From Chitinophaga pinensis (GTDB taxonomy: Bacteria; Bacteroidota; Bacteroidia; CAMBQF01): DNA of 64,000 bases. The stretch's first letter is position 1. Every line of letters starts with the position of its first letter. A model generated the notes under the pieces. It searched no databases. It was not told where the DNA came from and was given only the letters and a program-made list of their open reading frames with translations. The translations under genes were made by a program, and so were the position numbers. The stretch lies in NCBI GenBank assembly GCA_945869825.1, contig CAMBQF010000001.1, positions 18,372 through 82,371 of the forward strand, written 5' to 3'. This document shows positions 1-9,864 of this stretch, piece by piece.

Positions 1-450
1 AATAAAAAAGTTGACAACCTGAATAGTAAAATACAAACAGGTGCGGTTTTAAGCATTGCTTTTATTAAAGCCGACGCCATACAGGTGAAAAGTGGAAATG
101 AGATTAGTGTAACCAAAGCGCGCAAAACCGATAAACTGCGTTGCTGCTTTACCGTTAGTAAAAACACACTGGCGGCGGCAGGTTATAAAGACTTTTATTT
201 GCGTGTTATCGACCCATCGGGCACGGTAATACAAAACGATGCTAATTTAGGTGGATCGGGTGAGATAAAGATAAAAGAAGGCACTACGGTAAGTTATACC
301 ACTAAAGCCAGCGTGCTATATGAAAATGAAAACGTAGAAACCTGCGTTTATACATACGGAAAATCAAAAAATTACGACAAAGGCAATTATAAATTTGAGA
401 TATTTTACGAAAACCAGAAAGTTGCCTCTACCAGTATTGCGCTTAAGTAA
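1..450 (+). CDS. hypothetical protein, 5'-partial (open at window edge); C-terminal ~110 aa domain paralogous to C-terminus of next gene
   Basis: Frame 1 open from base 1 through stop at 450; C-terminal domain (KLRCCFTV...DPSGTV...C.Y.YGK...GNYKFEI) aligns with C-terminus of 517..1443 product. Confidence 0.5.
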   Translation, partial: NKKVDNLNSKIQTGAVLSIAFIKADAIQVKSGNEISVTKARKTDKLRCCFTVSKNTLAAAGYKDFYLRVIDPSGTVIQNDANLGGSGEIKIKEGTTVSYTTKASVLYENENVETCVYTYGKSKNYDKGNYKFEIFYENQKVASTSIALK

Positions 451-516
451 TATATAAGTAATATTGCGGCACAAAATTTGACAATTATTTAAGTTTAATT
501 TATAATTACTATTGAA

Positions 517-1443
517 ATGGAAACCTCAAATAATAACGACAATAAGTCGAACAACAAAACCCTGGTCATCATCCTTTTTGCTTTGGTTGGCGTGTTGGGC
601 GGTACTACCGCTTACTTTGGCTACCAGTTAACTCAAAAGCAAGACCAGATTACTGTTTTAACAGAAGAAAAAACGAAAGTAGTAGATGAGAAATCGGCGC
701 TTGAAGACAAGCTGAAAAAACAAATTGCCACATACGACTCTTTATTTGCAGTAAACGCAGATGCGCAGGCTCTTTTAGGCGATGAGCGCGCTAAAGTAGA
801 AGACCTGCTTAAAAAAGTATCAAGCTTACAGGGTAATGCAGGTGCAATGAAAAAATACAAAGCCGAAGCTGAGAAATTGCGCAAAGACCAGGTAGACCTG
901 TTGAAACAGATAAAAGATTTGCAAGACCAAAATGTTGACCTGACAGCAGCTAACGTTACCCTGCACAAAGACCTTACCGAAACCAAGACAGAAAATGCCG
1001 CTTTGGGTACAGAGAATAAACGGTTAAATACTACTGTTGATGTGGGTTCGCGCTTGCGTGCCTATGAGGTTGTTTCTGAGGGCATTAAAGTATCGGGCTC
1101 TGGTAAAGAAAAATCTACCAGCAAGGCAAAGCGCTCTAACAAAATACGCACCTGCTTTACCTTGTTAGAAAATGCCATTGCCCAAAAAGGCAACCGCACA
1201 TTATACATGGTTGTTAAAGACCCATCGGGCCAGGTGCTGGCTACAGGCAATGAGAGTACCTTTACATCCAGCGATGGCAGCACTGTAGTATACTCAGCCA
1301 AAAAAGAGGTTGATTATGACAACGGCAAAGCAGTAGATATTTGTATGTATTTTGGTAAAGATGATATGCCCAAAGGCAAATACGCTGTAGATGTGTATTG
1401 CGATGGTTACGCTATTGGCTCATCAAGCTGCGAATTGAAATAA
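517..1443 (+). CDS. membrane-anchored coiled-coil protein with conserved Cys-containing C-terminal domain (hypothetical)
   Basis: N-terminal TM helix (LVIILFALVGVLGGTTAYFGY), long K/E/L/Q-rich heptad region, C-terminal domain homologous to preceding ORF (KIRTCFTL...DPSGQV...DICMYFGKD...YCDGY). Confidence 0.55.
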   Translation: METSNNNDNKSNNKTLVIILFALVGVLGGTTAYFGYQLTQKQDQITVLTEEKTKVVDEKSALEDKLKKQIATYDSLFAVNADAQALLGDERAKVEDLLKKVSSLQGNAGAMKKYKAEAEKLRKDQVDLLKQIKDLQDQNVDLTAANVTLHKDLTETKTENAALGTENKRLNTTVDVGSRLRAYEVVSEGIKVSGSGKEKSTSKAKRSNKIRTCFTLLENAIAQKGNRTLYMVVKDPSGQVLATGNESTFTSSDGSTVVYSAKKEVDYDNGKAVDICMYFGKDDMPKGKYAVDVYCDGYAIGSSSCELK

Positions 1444-1495
1444 TTGCACCCCTCCCTAAATCCCTCCCCCGGGGTAGAGCGACTTTAAAATACTG

Positions 1496-1530
1496 AAAAG
1501 CCCTTTCAAGAAATTGGAGGGGCTTTTTGT
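1496..1530 (+). terminator. rho-independent terminator after coiled-coil gene
   Basis: AGCCC...GGGGCT stem followed by TTTTTGTT. Confidence 0.45.
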
Positions 1531-1536
1531 TATGCA

Positions 1537-1968
1537 TTACTTAGTGTAGTTTTTTAATGCCATAAGGGTAACTGTAGCTGTGGCGCACAGCTTTTCGTCG
1601 GCGCCTGTTTTGGCAAATACATCAGCATTGCAAATAGTTAGCGTTTTGCCTGCTTTGATAACTCTGGCGCGAGCTATTAATACCTCTCCTTTAGCGGGAG
1701 CCAGCAGGTTTACTTTATACTCTACTGATAGAACAGAAGAGCCTTCTTCCATAGTGCTGAAACCGGCCATTCCTGCCGCGTTATCGGCTATTGTGCCTAC
1801 TATCCCGGCATGAAAGAATTTATTTTGCTGGGTAAGCTCATCGCGGTAGGGTATTTCCATCTCGCAAAGGCCATACTCCAAAGCCGTAATTTTTGCGCCT
1901 ATAAAATTTAGAAATGCTTGTTTTGCAAAGGTGTCGTGAATGACAGCTTTAAAATCGTAGTTGCTCAT
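1537..1968 (-). CDS. PaaI/YigI-family hotdog-fold acyl-CoA thioesterase
   Basis: ~140 aa, hotdog thioesterase-like sequence (HAGIVGTIADNAAG...VEYKVNLLAPA). Confidence 0.55.
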   Translation of the reverse strand: MSNYDFKAVIHDTFAKQAFLNFIGAKITALEYGLCEMEIPYRDELTQQNKFFHAGIVGTIADNAAGMAGFSTMEEGSSVLSVEYKVNLLAPAKGEVLIARARVIKAGKTLTICNADVFAKTGADEKLCATATVTLMALKNYTK

Positions 1969-1980
1969 GCTGCAAAAGTA

Positions 1981-2007
1981 AAGCCCCGCAAGTAATTTGC
2001 GGGGCTT
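1981..2007 (-). terminator. hairpin terminator (AAGCCCCGCAA / TTGCGGGGCTT) downstream of phosphatase-family gene
   Basis: perfect 11-bp inverted repeat with 5-nt loop directly after stop of 2037..3356. Confidence 0.45.
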
Positions 2008-2036
2008 TAATCTATTTTATTTTAATATATATATGC

Positions 2037-3356
2037 TTAGTGCTTACCGTTGCAATTGCTATGGTCGTGGTCTGGAGTAGCAACACCTTTAGGTGCTGTT
2101 TGGTTTATTAAAACCCTTTTGGTTACCTCGTTGCCACCAATATTTAATTTAATAAAGTATATACCATCGGCATTTCCTTCAAAATTAAGTGTAAGCTTGT
2201 TTTGCGATGTTATAACAGATGGCACGTTTACCAATTTGCCTTCGTTGGTATATACAGCATAGTTTACCCTGCTGTTTTTCTTATTTTCAAACCAAAGCGA
2301 AACTAAATCTGATGCAGGGTTAGGGTAAACTGAAACAGATAACTCGGCTGGCTTTTCTGCAACTGATGTAATTGTTTTTAGCCATGATTTACCGTCCAAA
2401 TCCCATGCGGTAACATCTTCAGGGTTAGTGCCTGTATCGTAAATAAGGTGGTGTAGTGCAGTAACGGCAATATCGGTTTGTACTGGTGTTTGGCGTAAAA
2501 TGGCAGTATCTACCGCTTCAACAAAGTAAGGAAAGCCTGTGTATTGGTAGCTGCCGGGGTCGGTACCGGTAATTGTTTGTTGTTGTATAGCATTACCACT
2601 GCCAATCCACCAAATATTGCGCTCAATATCAGTACCGCCACCATGGCCGGTGCCAATGCCACCGTGGTCTGTTGTTATAAGAATTATCCAATCTTCATTT
2701 GCGTAGTTTGGGCGTGCATACAAAGCATTTAAAACGGTTCCCAAATGTCCGTCTACCCCTTCAATAGCAGCCATGTAGCTTGGGTTAGATGGGTTAAATC
2801 CGCTGGCGTGGCCTGCTAAATCTACGGCATCAAAATAAACAAATAATGCATCAAGGTTTTCGTTTGCAAGAGCGGTAACGGCTGCTGCTGCTGTTGGGGT
2901 TCCAGCGCCATCAGGCACTTTAATTTTTTGATCCCAGCCATCATTACTTACCAGATCACTCATTGGGGCCCACTCTGTAACCTGCACGGCATATAGGCTA
3001 GGCTTTAGTTCTTTAGCCCGGGTAACAAAGTAAGGATATTGTGCATAATTGCTACCAGTGTAAGAGTTGCTGGTAACGCCATGTTTGTTTTCCCAAACAC
3101 CGCACATAATATCTGACCAAGATGGGCCAGATACAGTAATGCCACAATGCCAGGCATCAAAAGTATGAAGGCCATTGGCTAAAAGGCCATCAAGGTTAGG
3201 GGTGTTGGCTTGTTGTAAAGCATCAGAACGTGTACCGTCGATGCCAATAACCAATACTTTACGTGGCTGCGATGCAATTGCTGCAAACGAAACAACCAGT
3301 AAAAACGCTGAAAGAGAGAATTTGTATTTCATTTTAGATGTGTGTTTAAAAATCAA
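2037..3356 (-). CDS. alkaline phosphatase / nucleotide pyrophosphatase-phosphodiesterase family protein with C-terminal T9SS sorting domain
   Basis: Signal peptide; VLVIGIDGTRSDAL and ILITTDHGG motifs typical of AP superfamily; C-terminal ~80 aa Por_Secre_tail-like segment (VYPNPASDLVSL...GIYFIKL). Confidence 0.6.
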   Translation of the reverse strand: MIFKHTSKMKYKFSLSAFLLVVSFAAIASQPRKVLVIGIDGTRSDALQQANTPNLDGLLANGLHTFDAWHCGITVSGPSWSDIMCGVWENKHGVTSNSYTGSNYAQYPYFVTRAKELKPSLYAVQVTEWAPMSDLVSNDGWDQKIKVPDGAGTPTAAAAVTALANENLDALFVYFDAVDLAGHASGFNPSNPSYMAAIEGVDGHLGTVLNALYARPNYANEDWIILITTDHGGIGTGHGGGTDIERNIWWIGSGNAIQQQTITGTDPGSYQYTGFPYFVEAVDTAILRQTPVQTDIAVTALHHLIYDTGTNPEDVTAWDLDGKSWLKTITSVAEKPAELSVSVYPNPASDLVSLWFENKKNSRVNYAVYTNEGKLVNVPSVITSQNKLTLNFEGNADGIYFIKLNIGGNEVTKRVLINQTAPKGVATPDHDHSNCNGKH

Positions 3357-6291
3357 ATTTAAAGCCTATTTGTCCGCGCTGGCGGTAATATTCGGTGCGT
3401 ATGGGCCTTTCTTTTTGTCCACGGTAGGTTAAGTCAGGCCAATCAAGCAGATTCATTAACTCAACATATACTGTGTAATGCTTTTTAAAAGTGTACGAAC
3501 CTCCAAAATCAAGAGAATACATAGGGCCTTTAAAAATATCGAAATCGCTATTGTTGTGTATGTATATCAAGTTGCCATTAAGGTCTTTTACAGTAGCCAG
3601 GTTAAGGTCTTTTAAATAAGCACCGGTATAGTTAAATGCTATGCGGGCCTGTAGGTGGTCGTTTTCATAAAACAAAGCCACATTATACAAAAACGGGGTT
3701 TGCTCTGTCATAGCCTGTTTGTTGCTGCGCCCCGGTGCCTGCATACGCGATAAAGAATAGGTTAGATTAGCATTTAAGCCAAATCCACTTAATATGCCAG
3801 GCAAACCAGTAAATTTCCGCACAAATGCCCCTTCAAAACCATACACGAATGATTGATTTGCATTATCGTAACGTTTGGCTACAATACCAATTTGATCAAC
3901 ATACGATGTAGTGATGGCAAATATATGGTTTACAACATATTTATAGTAGCCCCCAACAGAAAACATGCCCTTGTTGCCCCAAAAATACTCATACGTTAAA
4001 TCAAAGTTGTATGAATAGGCCGGCTTAAGCCTGGAGTTTCCATAAGTAAGGTCAAGGTCGTCTATACAATAAGCGCCGGAGCCGGGTTTGGTTTCGGCAA
4101 AATTGGGCCTGTGCATGGTGCGAGAAAATGCACTGCGCAGGTTCATCTTGTCATTAATAGTCCATGTTGCGTTTATTGATGGAAGCACAGACAGGTATTT
4201 AAGGCTGGTGCGGCGTTGTTCAGGCACGTAGTAATAATTGCCTGTGGGCTGGTCAAATGCCAGTGAATCTAAAAGGGTGTCTGAAAGTTCTTGCAGATTG
4301 GTATATTCAAGGCGGGCGCCTGCTACCAGCTGTATCTTACCCAGCTTAACATCGGCCATGCCATAACCGGCATATACCCCTTCGGTATACGTATAGCGGT
4401 TGCCTGCCCAAAACCTGTATTCTGTATTTACAGGGTTCATTTCGTATGGCTTTAGTGTGTCGCCAAGGTTAGGCACAAAATTCAATAATTGGTCTTGGGG
4501 CAAAAACGGGAAAAAGCTGCCTGCATAAGGGCTGCCCAGCTCTCTTAAAAAGCCACCCCGCTCGTCTAATTGTACTGTATTAAAATCGGTAAGCAGGTAA
4601 GGTTGTGGTCGCAGTGGCACGTTTTGCCTCCACTCGTATAAACTTACAAGCCTGGCACCCTCTTTATAGCGGCCTTTAAAACCAAATTGTAGTTTTACAT
4701 CGTTATTTATAACATAATTAAGGTCTACCCGGGCAACAACAGGGTCTCGTTCCCAGGTATCGTTCAACTCTGACCATGAACGGTAAAACTCAAAATCGCC
4801 AGGCTGCAAAGGGTCTGTGCTTTGTGGGTTTATGGGTTGGGGTTGTATGTTGTTATAATCATCACCAGTACCATAGGGATTATCTACCCCTAATAATTTT
4901 GTAACAATTGGCGCAACAGTATTTGGCCCCACAGGGTCGCCATTAAATTCTACAGAATCAACATCTTTATAATACAACAGCGGGCTCATAAACTCTGTAA
5001 AAAAGTACCCGTTTCGGGGGTCTTTATTTTTAAACGGGCGGTTGCCATACCTAAAGCTGTTATGGTACGTAGCCACTTTGGCTGTTACGGTAATTTTGTC
5101 ATTGATTTTAAATTCGCCGTGTACATCGCCACCAAAAAGCTGGCGTATTAACATACCGCTTATGCTTTGCAGCCTTAACCTTGCGCCCGACCCATCGCTA
5201 TAATTAAAACGGGTTTTATATTGGTTTTTATCATCGCTTAAGCGGCCATAAAAAAAGCGGCCACCAATGGTTACTTTGTCGTTAGGCTTATACTCAAATG
5301 CTGCATTGGCACCAATGGTATTGCGCATACCCGAGTAGTCTTTAAGTTCGTAACTGGCAATGCCCTGGTTAAAATTGCTGGCATAAACTACCTTGTATGC
5401 CTGTGCCCCGTAGTAGCGCCCGTAGTACGAACCATCAAGCACATAAGAGAATTTTTTGTTTTTAGATACGTTGCCATACGTAACAGCTGCATTCATTAAA
5501 GGCTTTCCGGCCAGGGTGTTATAACCGCCCCCTATGTTTACTTTAAATGTCTTCTTCTCAACATTAGAGCGGGTTAAAAAATTAATAATCCCGCCAATAT
5601 TATCCGACTCCTGGTCGGGTGTTACTGTGCGCGCAACAACAATATAATCAATAAAATCAGAGGGTAACACTTCAAAATCAAAAGCACGGCTGGCATTTTC
5701 TTCGTCAGATGTTGGCAGCCTGTCGCCGTTTACCAATGTCGCTGTCCAATCTATAGGCGTACCCCTTAATGATACCAGGCTTCCCTCGCCTTTGTCGTTT
5801 TGTACAGATGTTCCTGCAATCCGTTTTACAGCTTCGGCGGCTGTTTTAGAGGGCAATTTAGCTATAGCCTCTGACGACATTACTGATACAACATGCGAAG
5901 ATGTTTTAACCATATTGATGGCCTTATCTTCGCTGCCAATTTTGTAGCTACCCGTTACCGATACTTCTTTTAGCGTTTTAGCATCGGGTTCTAGTTCAAT
6001 GTCGTGCAACTGGGTTGTTGTACCAGCTGTAATAACCACCTCTTTTTGCAAAGGTTTAAAGCCAAGGTAGGTTACTTTTATTATTTGCTTGCCTACAGGT
6101 ATATTGAATAATTGAAATGTACCATCAAAAGCTGTTGTAGTACCTAGCTTTGTAGCTTCAATTATTACTATAGCGCCCGGCAACGATTCTCCTTTACTAA
6201 TCAGCCTGCCAGATAGCGTGCCAGTTTGTGCAGACAATACAACAATACAAAAAGAAAATAGAAATAATATAGTGTACTTAACTTTCGCCAC
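3346..6291 (-). CDS. TonB-dependent outer-membrane receptor (carboxypeptidase-regulatory-like N-domain + plug + beta-barrel)
   Basis: 981 aa, signal peptide, N-terminal CarbopepD_reg-like (SGRLISKGESLPGAIV), plug-like region, C-terminal aromatic terminus (KFDF). Confidence 0.8.
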   Translation of the reverse strand: MAKVKYTILFLFSFCIVVLSAQTGTLSGRLISKGESLPGAIVIIEATKLGTTTAFDGTFQLFNIPVGKQIIKVTYLGFKPLQKEVVITAGTTTQLHDIELEPDAKTLKEVSVTGSYKIGSEDKAINMVKTSSHVVSVMSSEAIAKLPSKTAAEAVKRIAGTSVQNDKGEGSLVSLRGTPIDWTATLVNGDRLPTSDEENASRAFDFEVLPSDFIDYIVVARTVTPDQESDNIGGIINFLTRSNVEKKTFKVNIGGGYNTLAGKPLMNAAVTYGNVSKNKKFSYVLDGSYYGRYYGAQAYKVVYASNFNQGIASYELKDYSGMRNTIGANAAFEYKPNDKVTIGGRFFYGRLSDDKNQYKTRFNYSDGSGARLRLQSISGMLIRQLFGGDVHGEFKINDKITVTAKVATYHNSFRYGNRPFKNKDPRNGYFFTEFMSPLLYYKDVDSVEFNGDPVGPNTVAPIVTKLLGVDNPYGTGDDYNNIQPQPINPQSTDPLQPGDFEFYRSWSELNDTWERDPVVARVDLNYVINNDVKLQFGFKGRYKEGARLVSLYEWRQNVPLRPQPYLLTDFNTVQLDERGGFLRELGSPYAGSFFPFLPQDQLLNFVPNLGDTLKPYEMNPVNTEYRFWAGNRYTYTEGVYAGYGMADVKLGKIQLVAGARLEYTNLQELSDTLLDSLAFDQPTGNYYYVPEQRRTSLKYLSVLPSINATWTINDKMNLRSAFSRTMHRPNFAETKPGSGAYCIDDLDLTYGNSRLKPAYSYNFDLTYEYFWGNKGMFSVGGYYKYVVNHIFAITTSYVDQIGIVAKRYDNANQSFVYGFEGAFVRKFTGLPGILSGFGLNANLTYSLSRMQAPGRSNKQAMTEQTPFLYNVALFYENDHLQARIAFNYTGAYLKDLNLATVKDLNGNLIYIHNNSDFDIFKGPMYSLDFGGSYTFKKHYTVYVELMNLLDWPDLTYRGQKERPIRTEYYRQRGQIGFKFDF

Positions 6292-6587
6292 GTTTTGAGC
6301 TTTTAAAACGCACGAAAGTACCTATTAACTAACAACTTAACAGCAAACAAAGTTTACCGCATTGTTAAGTTATTATTAATCAAACGCTTGTGTAAATTTA
6401 GTTTCCTGTTATGTTTCGGCATTGTTTGCAAAACAATGCCTTTCTGTCACAATCACTATAAACAAGGCTTAAAACATTGATTCTGTTTAATTAATAGGTT
6501 GTGCGGTTAAGATGCAAATGCAGTAACCAAGAGCAAAGTGCATTAGCATTTTTAAAGATTAGTTTAACATTGTGAATTAGAACGCAA

Positions 6588-7262
6588 CTATTTGGCTTGT
6601 TTGTTAAACAGATACCTAAGGCCAATGCTATACATATAAGTGTTTGGAAAAGGGAAAGCGGTATGCGTAAATATGTTGCTTGCTGTTGCATGCTTATCAA
6701 TAAAAGCGTAGGTAAAAGCATAGGTAAATTTAAAATCGGCTTTAAAGTTGTTTCCTATTTTATAATCTAAACCAATACCAGAAAACACATCCATATGCCA
6801 AGCTTTGTTTGTAAATAAATACATACGGCCGCGGCTCATATCATTATCAAAGGCATCAAACTTAGCAACAACCGTATTGCACAAAAGAGTAGGCATTAAA
6901 CCAATTTGCAGATAGGGCCTTATTTTGCCCTTTAAAAAAGAAAATTTGTAAGCAACAGGTATAGCCAGGTAGTTTGTTTTTGTATCGGAATACGGGGCTT
7001 GCACACCAGATTCGCCTTCTTCAGCAAAGCGGTACCCCTTTTTTAAATACAAAACAGAAGCAGCAATACTACCGTGCTTTTTAAAATTATACTGATAGCT
7101 TATGCCTTGCTGAAGACCTGTTAGCTTTTTATAATATTGATTTAGGCCCGATTTTAAAAATGAAAATGTGTTTATACCCGCCTCAAGGCCCAACTCATAT
7201 TTTTGCGCTGTGGCAAACAAACAACTAATTGTAAATAAGAATATCAGGGCCATTTTTTTCAT
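6588..7262 (-). CDS. outer-membrane beta-barrel protein (porin-like, hypothetical)
   Basis: Signal peptide MKKMALIFLFTISCLFATAQ; alternating aromatic/hydrophilic beta-strand pattern. Confidence 0.45.
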   Translation of the reverse strand: MKKMALIFLFTISCLFATAQKYELGLEAGINTFSFLKSGLNQYYKKLTGLQQGISYQYNFKKHGSIAASVLYLKKGYRFAEEGESGVQAPYSDTKTNYLAIPVAYKFSFLKGKIRPYLQIGLMPTLLCNTVVAKFDAFDNDMSRGRMYLFTNKAWHMDVFSGIGLDYKIGNNFKADFKFTYAFTYAFIDKHATASNIFTHTAFPFPNTYMYSIGLRYLFNKQAK

Positions 7263-7561
7263 GCCGAAATATCAAAATAATTAAATCAAACACATATTGT
7301 TACTGATTATCGTTTTATCAAAACCGTATTATTAATTTGTAAATATTTTTTGATTGTAGTAAAAGTGCTATAAATAAAGAAAAGTAAAGATAATTCAGCC
7401 ATCTGTCGGTCAAAAAAAAAGTAGCACTACATTGTTAAAATGTAAATCCAATATCATCTTATTTTTAATTCATCACATTCATATAAAACATAAATAGCGA
7501 TGTTTATTAATTACAATACATTAGCTTAACAATAGTGTTATTATTAACTTCGTTTAGATAA

Positions 7562-8701
7562 ATGGCCAAAAGGAAAAAAATTTTAGTTGCTCCGCTAAAT
7601 TGGGGGCTTGGGCATGCAACACGATGCATACCAATAATTAAAAAACTTAAAGAAAAAGGCTACGAGGTTATAGTAGCAGCATCAGACAGGCCATACCATT
7701 TATTAAAAAAAGAATTTCCGGAGCTTACCCATATTTATTTCCCAAATTATGAGATTGATTACCCTGAAAAAGGGAAAATGGGTTGGCACATGTTCAAAAT
7801 GGCACCAGAGGTATTCAGGCAAACGGGTAAAGAGCACCGAAAATTAAAAAAGATAATAGGGCGGTATAAAATAAAAGGGGTTATATCAGACAACCGCTTT
7901 GGCTTATCAAGCAAACAGGTGCCCTGCATATTTATATCGCACCAGTTGCAGTTAGAAATGCCTAAGGGCTGGGGTGTTTTTAAGCGTTTGGTAAACTGGA
8001 TTAACTTAAGTTACATGAAAAGGTTTGACGCTATCTGGATTCCTGATTTTGAAGGAGAACACAACCTTTCGGGCAGCCTGTCTCATTTTAAACACATACC
8101 CCAAAACACTACTTATTTAGGCTTGCTATCGCGGTTTTCTGAATTGAGTGGTAAGGAAGTAAAAGAAACAGGAAGTTACGACCTACTAATCAGCATATCG
8201 GGGCCAGAACCCCAGCGGACTATTTTGGAAAACAGGCTTACAGAACAAGCGTTGAAACTGCCCTATAAAACACTAATGGTTGTTGGTAAAACAGAGGATG
8301 GAAAAGACAGTGTTGATATAACCGATAAATTTAAAAAAGTAGCCCACCTAAATGCAGAGCGGATGTATAGTGCCATGAGGGATGCCAAATACATTATATG
8401 CCGGTCTGGCTATTCTACCGTAATGGATCTTGCGGCAATTGGCCAAAAGGCTGCTTTTATTCCTACGCCGGGGCAATCTGAACAAGAGTACCTTGCTGAA
8501 AAATATAAAAACGAGGGACTGGCTAATTTTATGGCCCAGGATGTTGTGAGTATAGAACAGCTTATTGCCGAATATGAAAATTATAAGGGTTTTGGCGGAT
8601 TTGATGCAGGGCCTGCTATATTAGATAATTGCCTTGACGTATTTTTGCAGAGGGTAGAAACACATACCCCAATTAAGTATAGCAAAAACAGCGGGTTGTA
8701 A
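7562..8701 (+). CDS. glycosyltransferase, GT1/GT28 (MGT/MurG-like) family
   Basis: N-terminal LVAPLNWGLGHATRCIP motif characteristic of GT-B UDP-glycosyltransferases; ~380 aa. Confidence 0.55.
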   Translation: MAKRKKILVAPLNWGLGHATRCIPIIKKLKEKGYEVIVAASDRPYHLLKKEFPELTHIYFPNYEIDYPEKGKMGWHMFKMAPEVFRQTGKEHRKLKKIIGRYKIKGVISDNRFGLSSKQVPCIFISHQLQLEMPKGWGVFKRLVNWINLSYMKRFDAIWIPDFEGEHNLSGSLSHFKHIPQNTTYLGLLSRFSELSGKEVKETGSYDLLISISGPEPQRTILENRLTEQALKLPYKTLMVVGKTEDGKDSVDITDKFKKVAHLNAERMYSAMRDAKYIICRSGYSTVMDLAAIGQKAAFIPTPGQSEQEYLAEKYKNEGLANFMAQDVVSIEQLIAEYENYKGFGGFDAGPAILDNCLDVFLQRVETHTPIKYSKNSGL

Positions 8702-8725
8702 TTTTCTAATAACGTAATTAATAGG

Positions 8726-9862
8726 ATGACAGGGTACGATATTGCCATTGTAGGAGGTGGGATAAATGGGCTGGCACATGCTTACGCCGCCGCAAAGCGC
8801 GGATTAAAAACCATTGTAATAGAGCAGAATAGCAAACCGCTGGGCGCATCGGTACGTAATTTTGGGCTACAGTTGCCATTGGCACAACCACCGGGAGCCA
8901 ATTATGCATTAGCCCTGAAAAGCCAGGCTATTTGGAGAGATGTTGCGAAGGAGTTTTCTTTTTGGTCTAAACCCAACGGGTTGCTTGTTTTAAGCCTGTC
9001 TGACCTGGAAAATACAGTAATGCATGAGTTTATTTTGCAAGCCGGGGCCATGGGTTATAACGGGCTAAAATTTATCAGTAAAGAAGATTTAAAGTTAGCC
9101 ACAACAAGCAGCCTAAACTATAACACCATTGCAGGGGCTTTATTTAGTGCCGATGAAACTACCATAAACCCTGCCGAAGCTCTGCAAAAAATAGCCTTGG
9201 GGTTGAAAGAAAAATACAGCGTTGACTTTAAGTACAACTGCACGGTACAAAAAATAAGGGGCAGCGTAATTGAGACTAATTTAGGAGAAATTAATGCAGA
9301 ACGGATAATACTATGCACCGGAACAGCCTATACCCAATTTTACCCTGAAGCATTTGCTGATTTAAAGCTTAAAAAATGTAAGCTACAGGTTATGAAGCTG
9401 GAAATAACAGACCCCGCGTGGCATATTAACGAAGCTATAGCCTCGGGCATTTCTATGCTTCATTACAGCTCATTTAGCATGGCCCCCTCTATTAACAAAC
9501 TAAAATTGTTTTACGAAACCCATTACCCGGAGCTTAAAAAATACGGCATCCATATACTGGCTGTTGAAAATAATAACAGAGAACTTATTGTTGGAGACTC
9601 TCACGAATATGACGAGTATGACTTTAACCCCGGAATAAAAACAGAAATAAACGATATTATTTTAGACTGGGCCAACAAGTACCTAAACATAGCCTCTTTT
9701 AAGGTAAAAGAAACATGGACCGGCCAGTATTTGAAAAACATGGGCGGCGATATTTATTGCAGGTTAGCACCCGCAAATAATTTGCGCATAGTAAATGCTG
9801 TTGGGGGGCAAGGCATGACAATATCTTTTGGCCTTGCCGAAGAAACCTTTAACCAGTGGTAA
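8726..9862 (+). CDS. FAD-dependent oxidoreductase (DAO family)
   Basis: N-terminal Rossmann dinucleotide motif DIAIVGGGINGLAHAY. Confidence 0.7.
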   Translation: MTGYDIAIVGGGINGLAHAYAAAKRGLKTIVIEQNSKPLGASVRNFGLQLPLAQPPGANYALALKSQAIWRDVAKEFSFWSKPNGLLVLSLSDLENTVMHEFILQAGAMGYNGLKFISKEDLKLATTSSLNYNTIAGALFSADETTINPAEALQKIALGLKEKYSVDFKYNCTVQKIRGSVIETNLGEINAERIILCTGTAYTQFYPEAFADLKLKKCKLQVMKLEITDPAWHINEAIASGISMLHYSSFSMAPSINKLKLFYETHYPELKKYGIHILAVENNNRELIVGDSHEYDEYDFNPGIKTEINDIILDWANKYLNIASFKVKETWTGQYLKNMGGDIYCRLAPANNLRIVNAVGGQGMTISFGLAEETFNQW

Positions 9863-9864
9863 TA

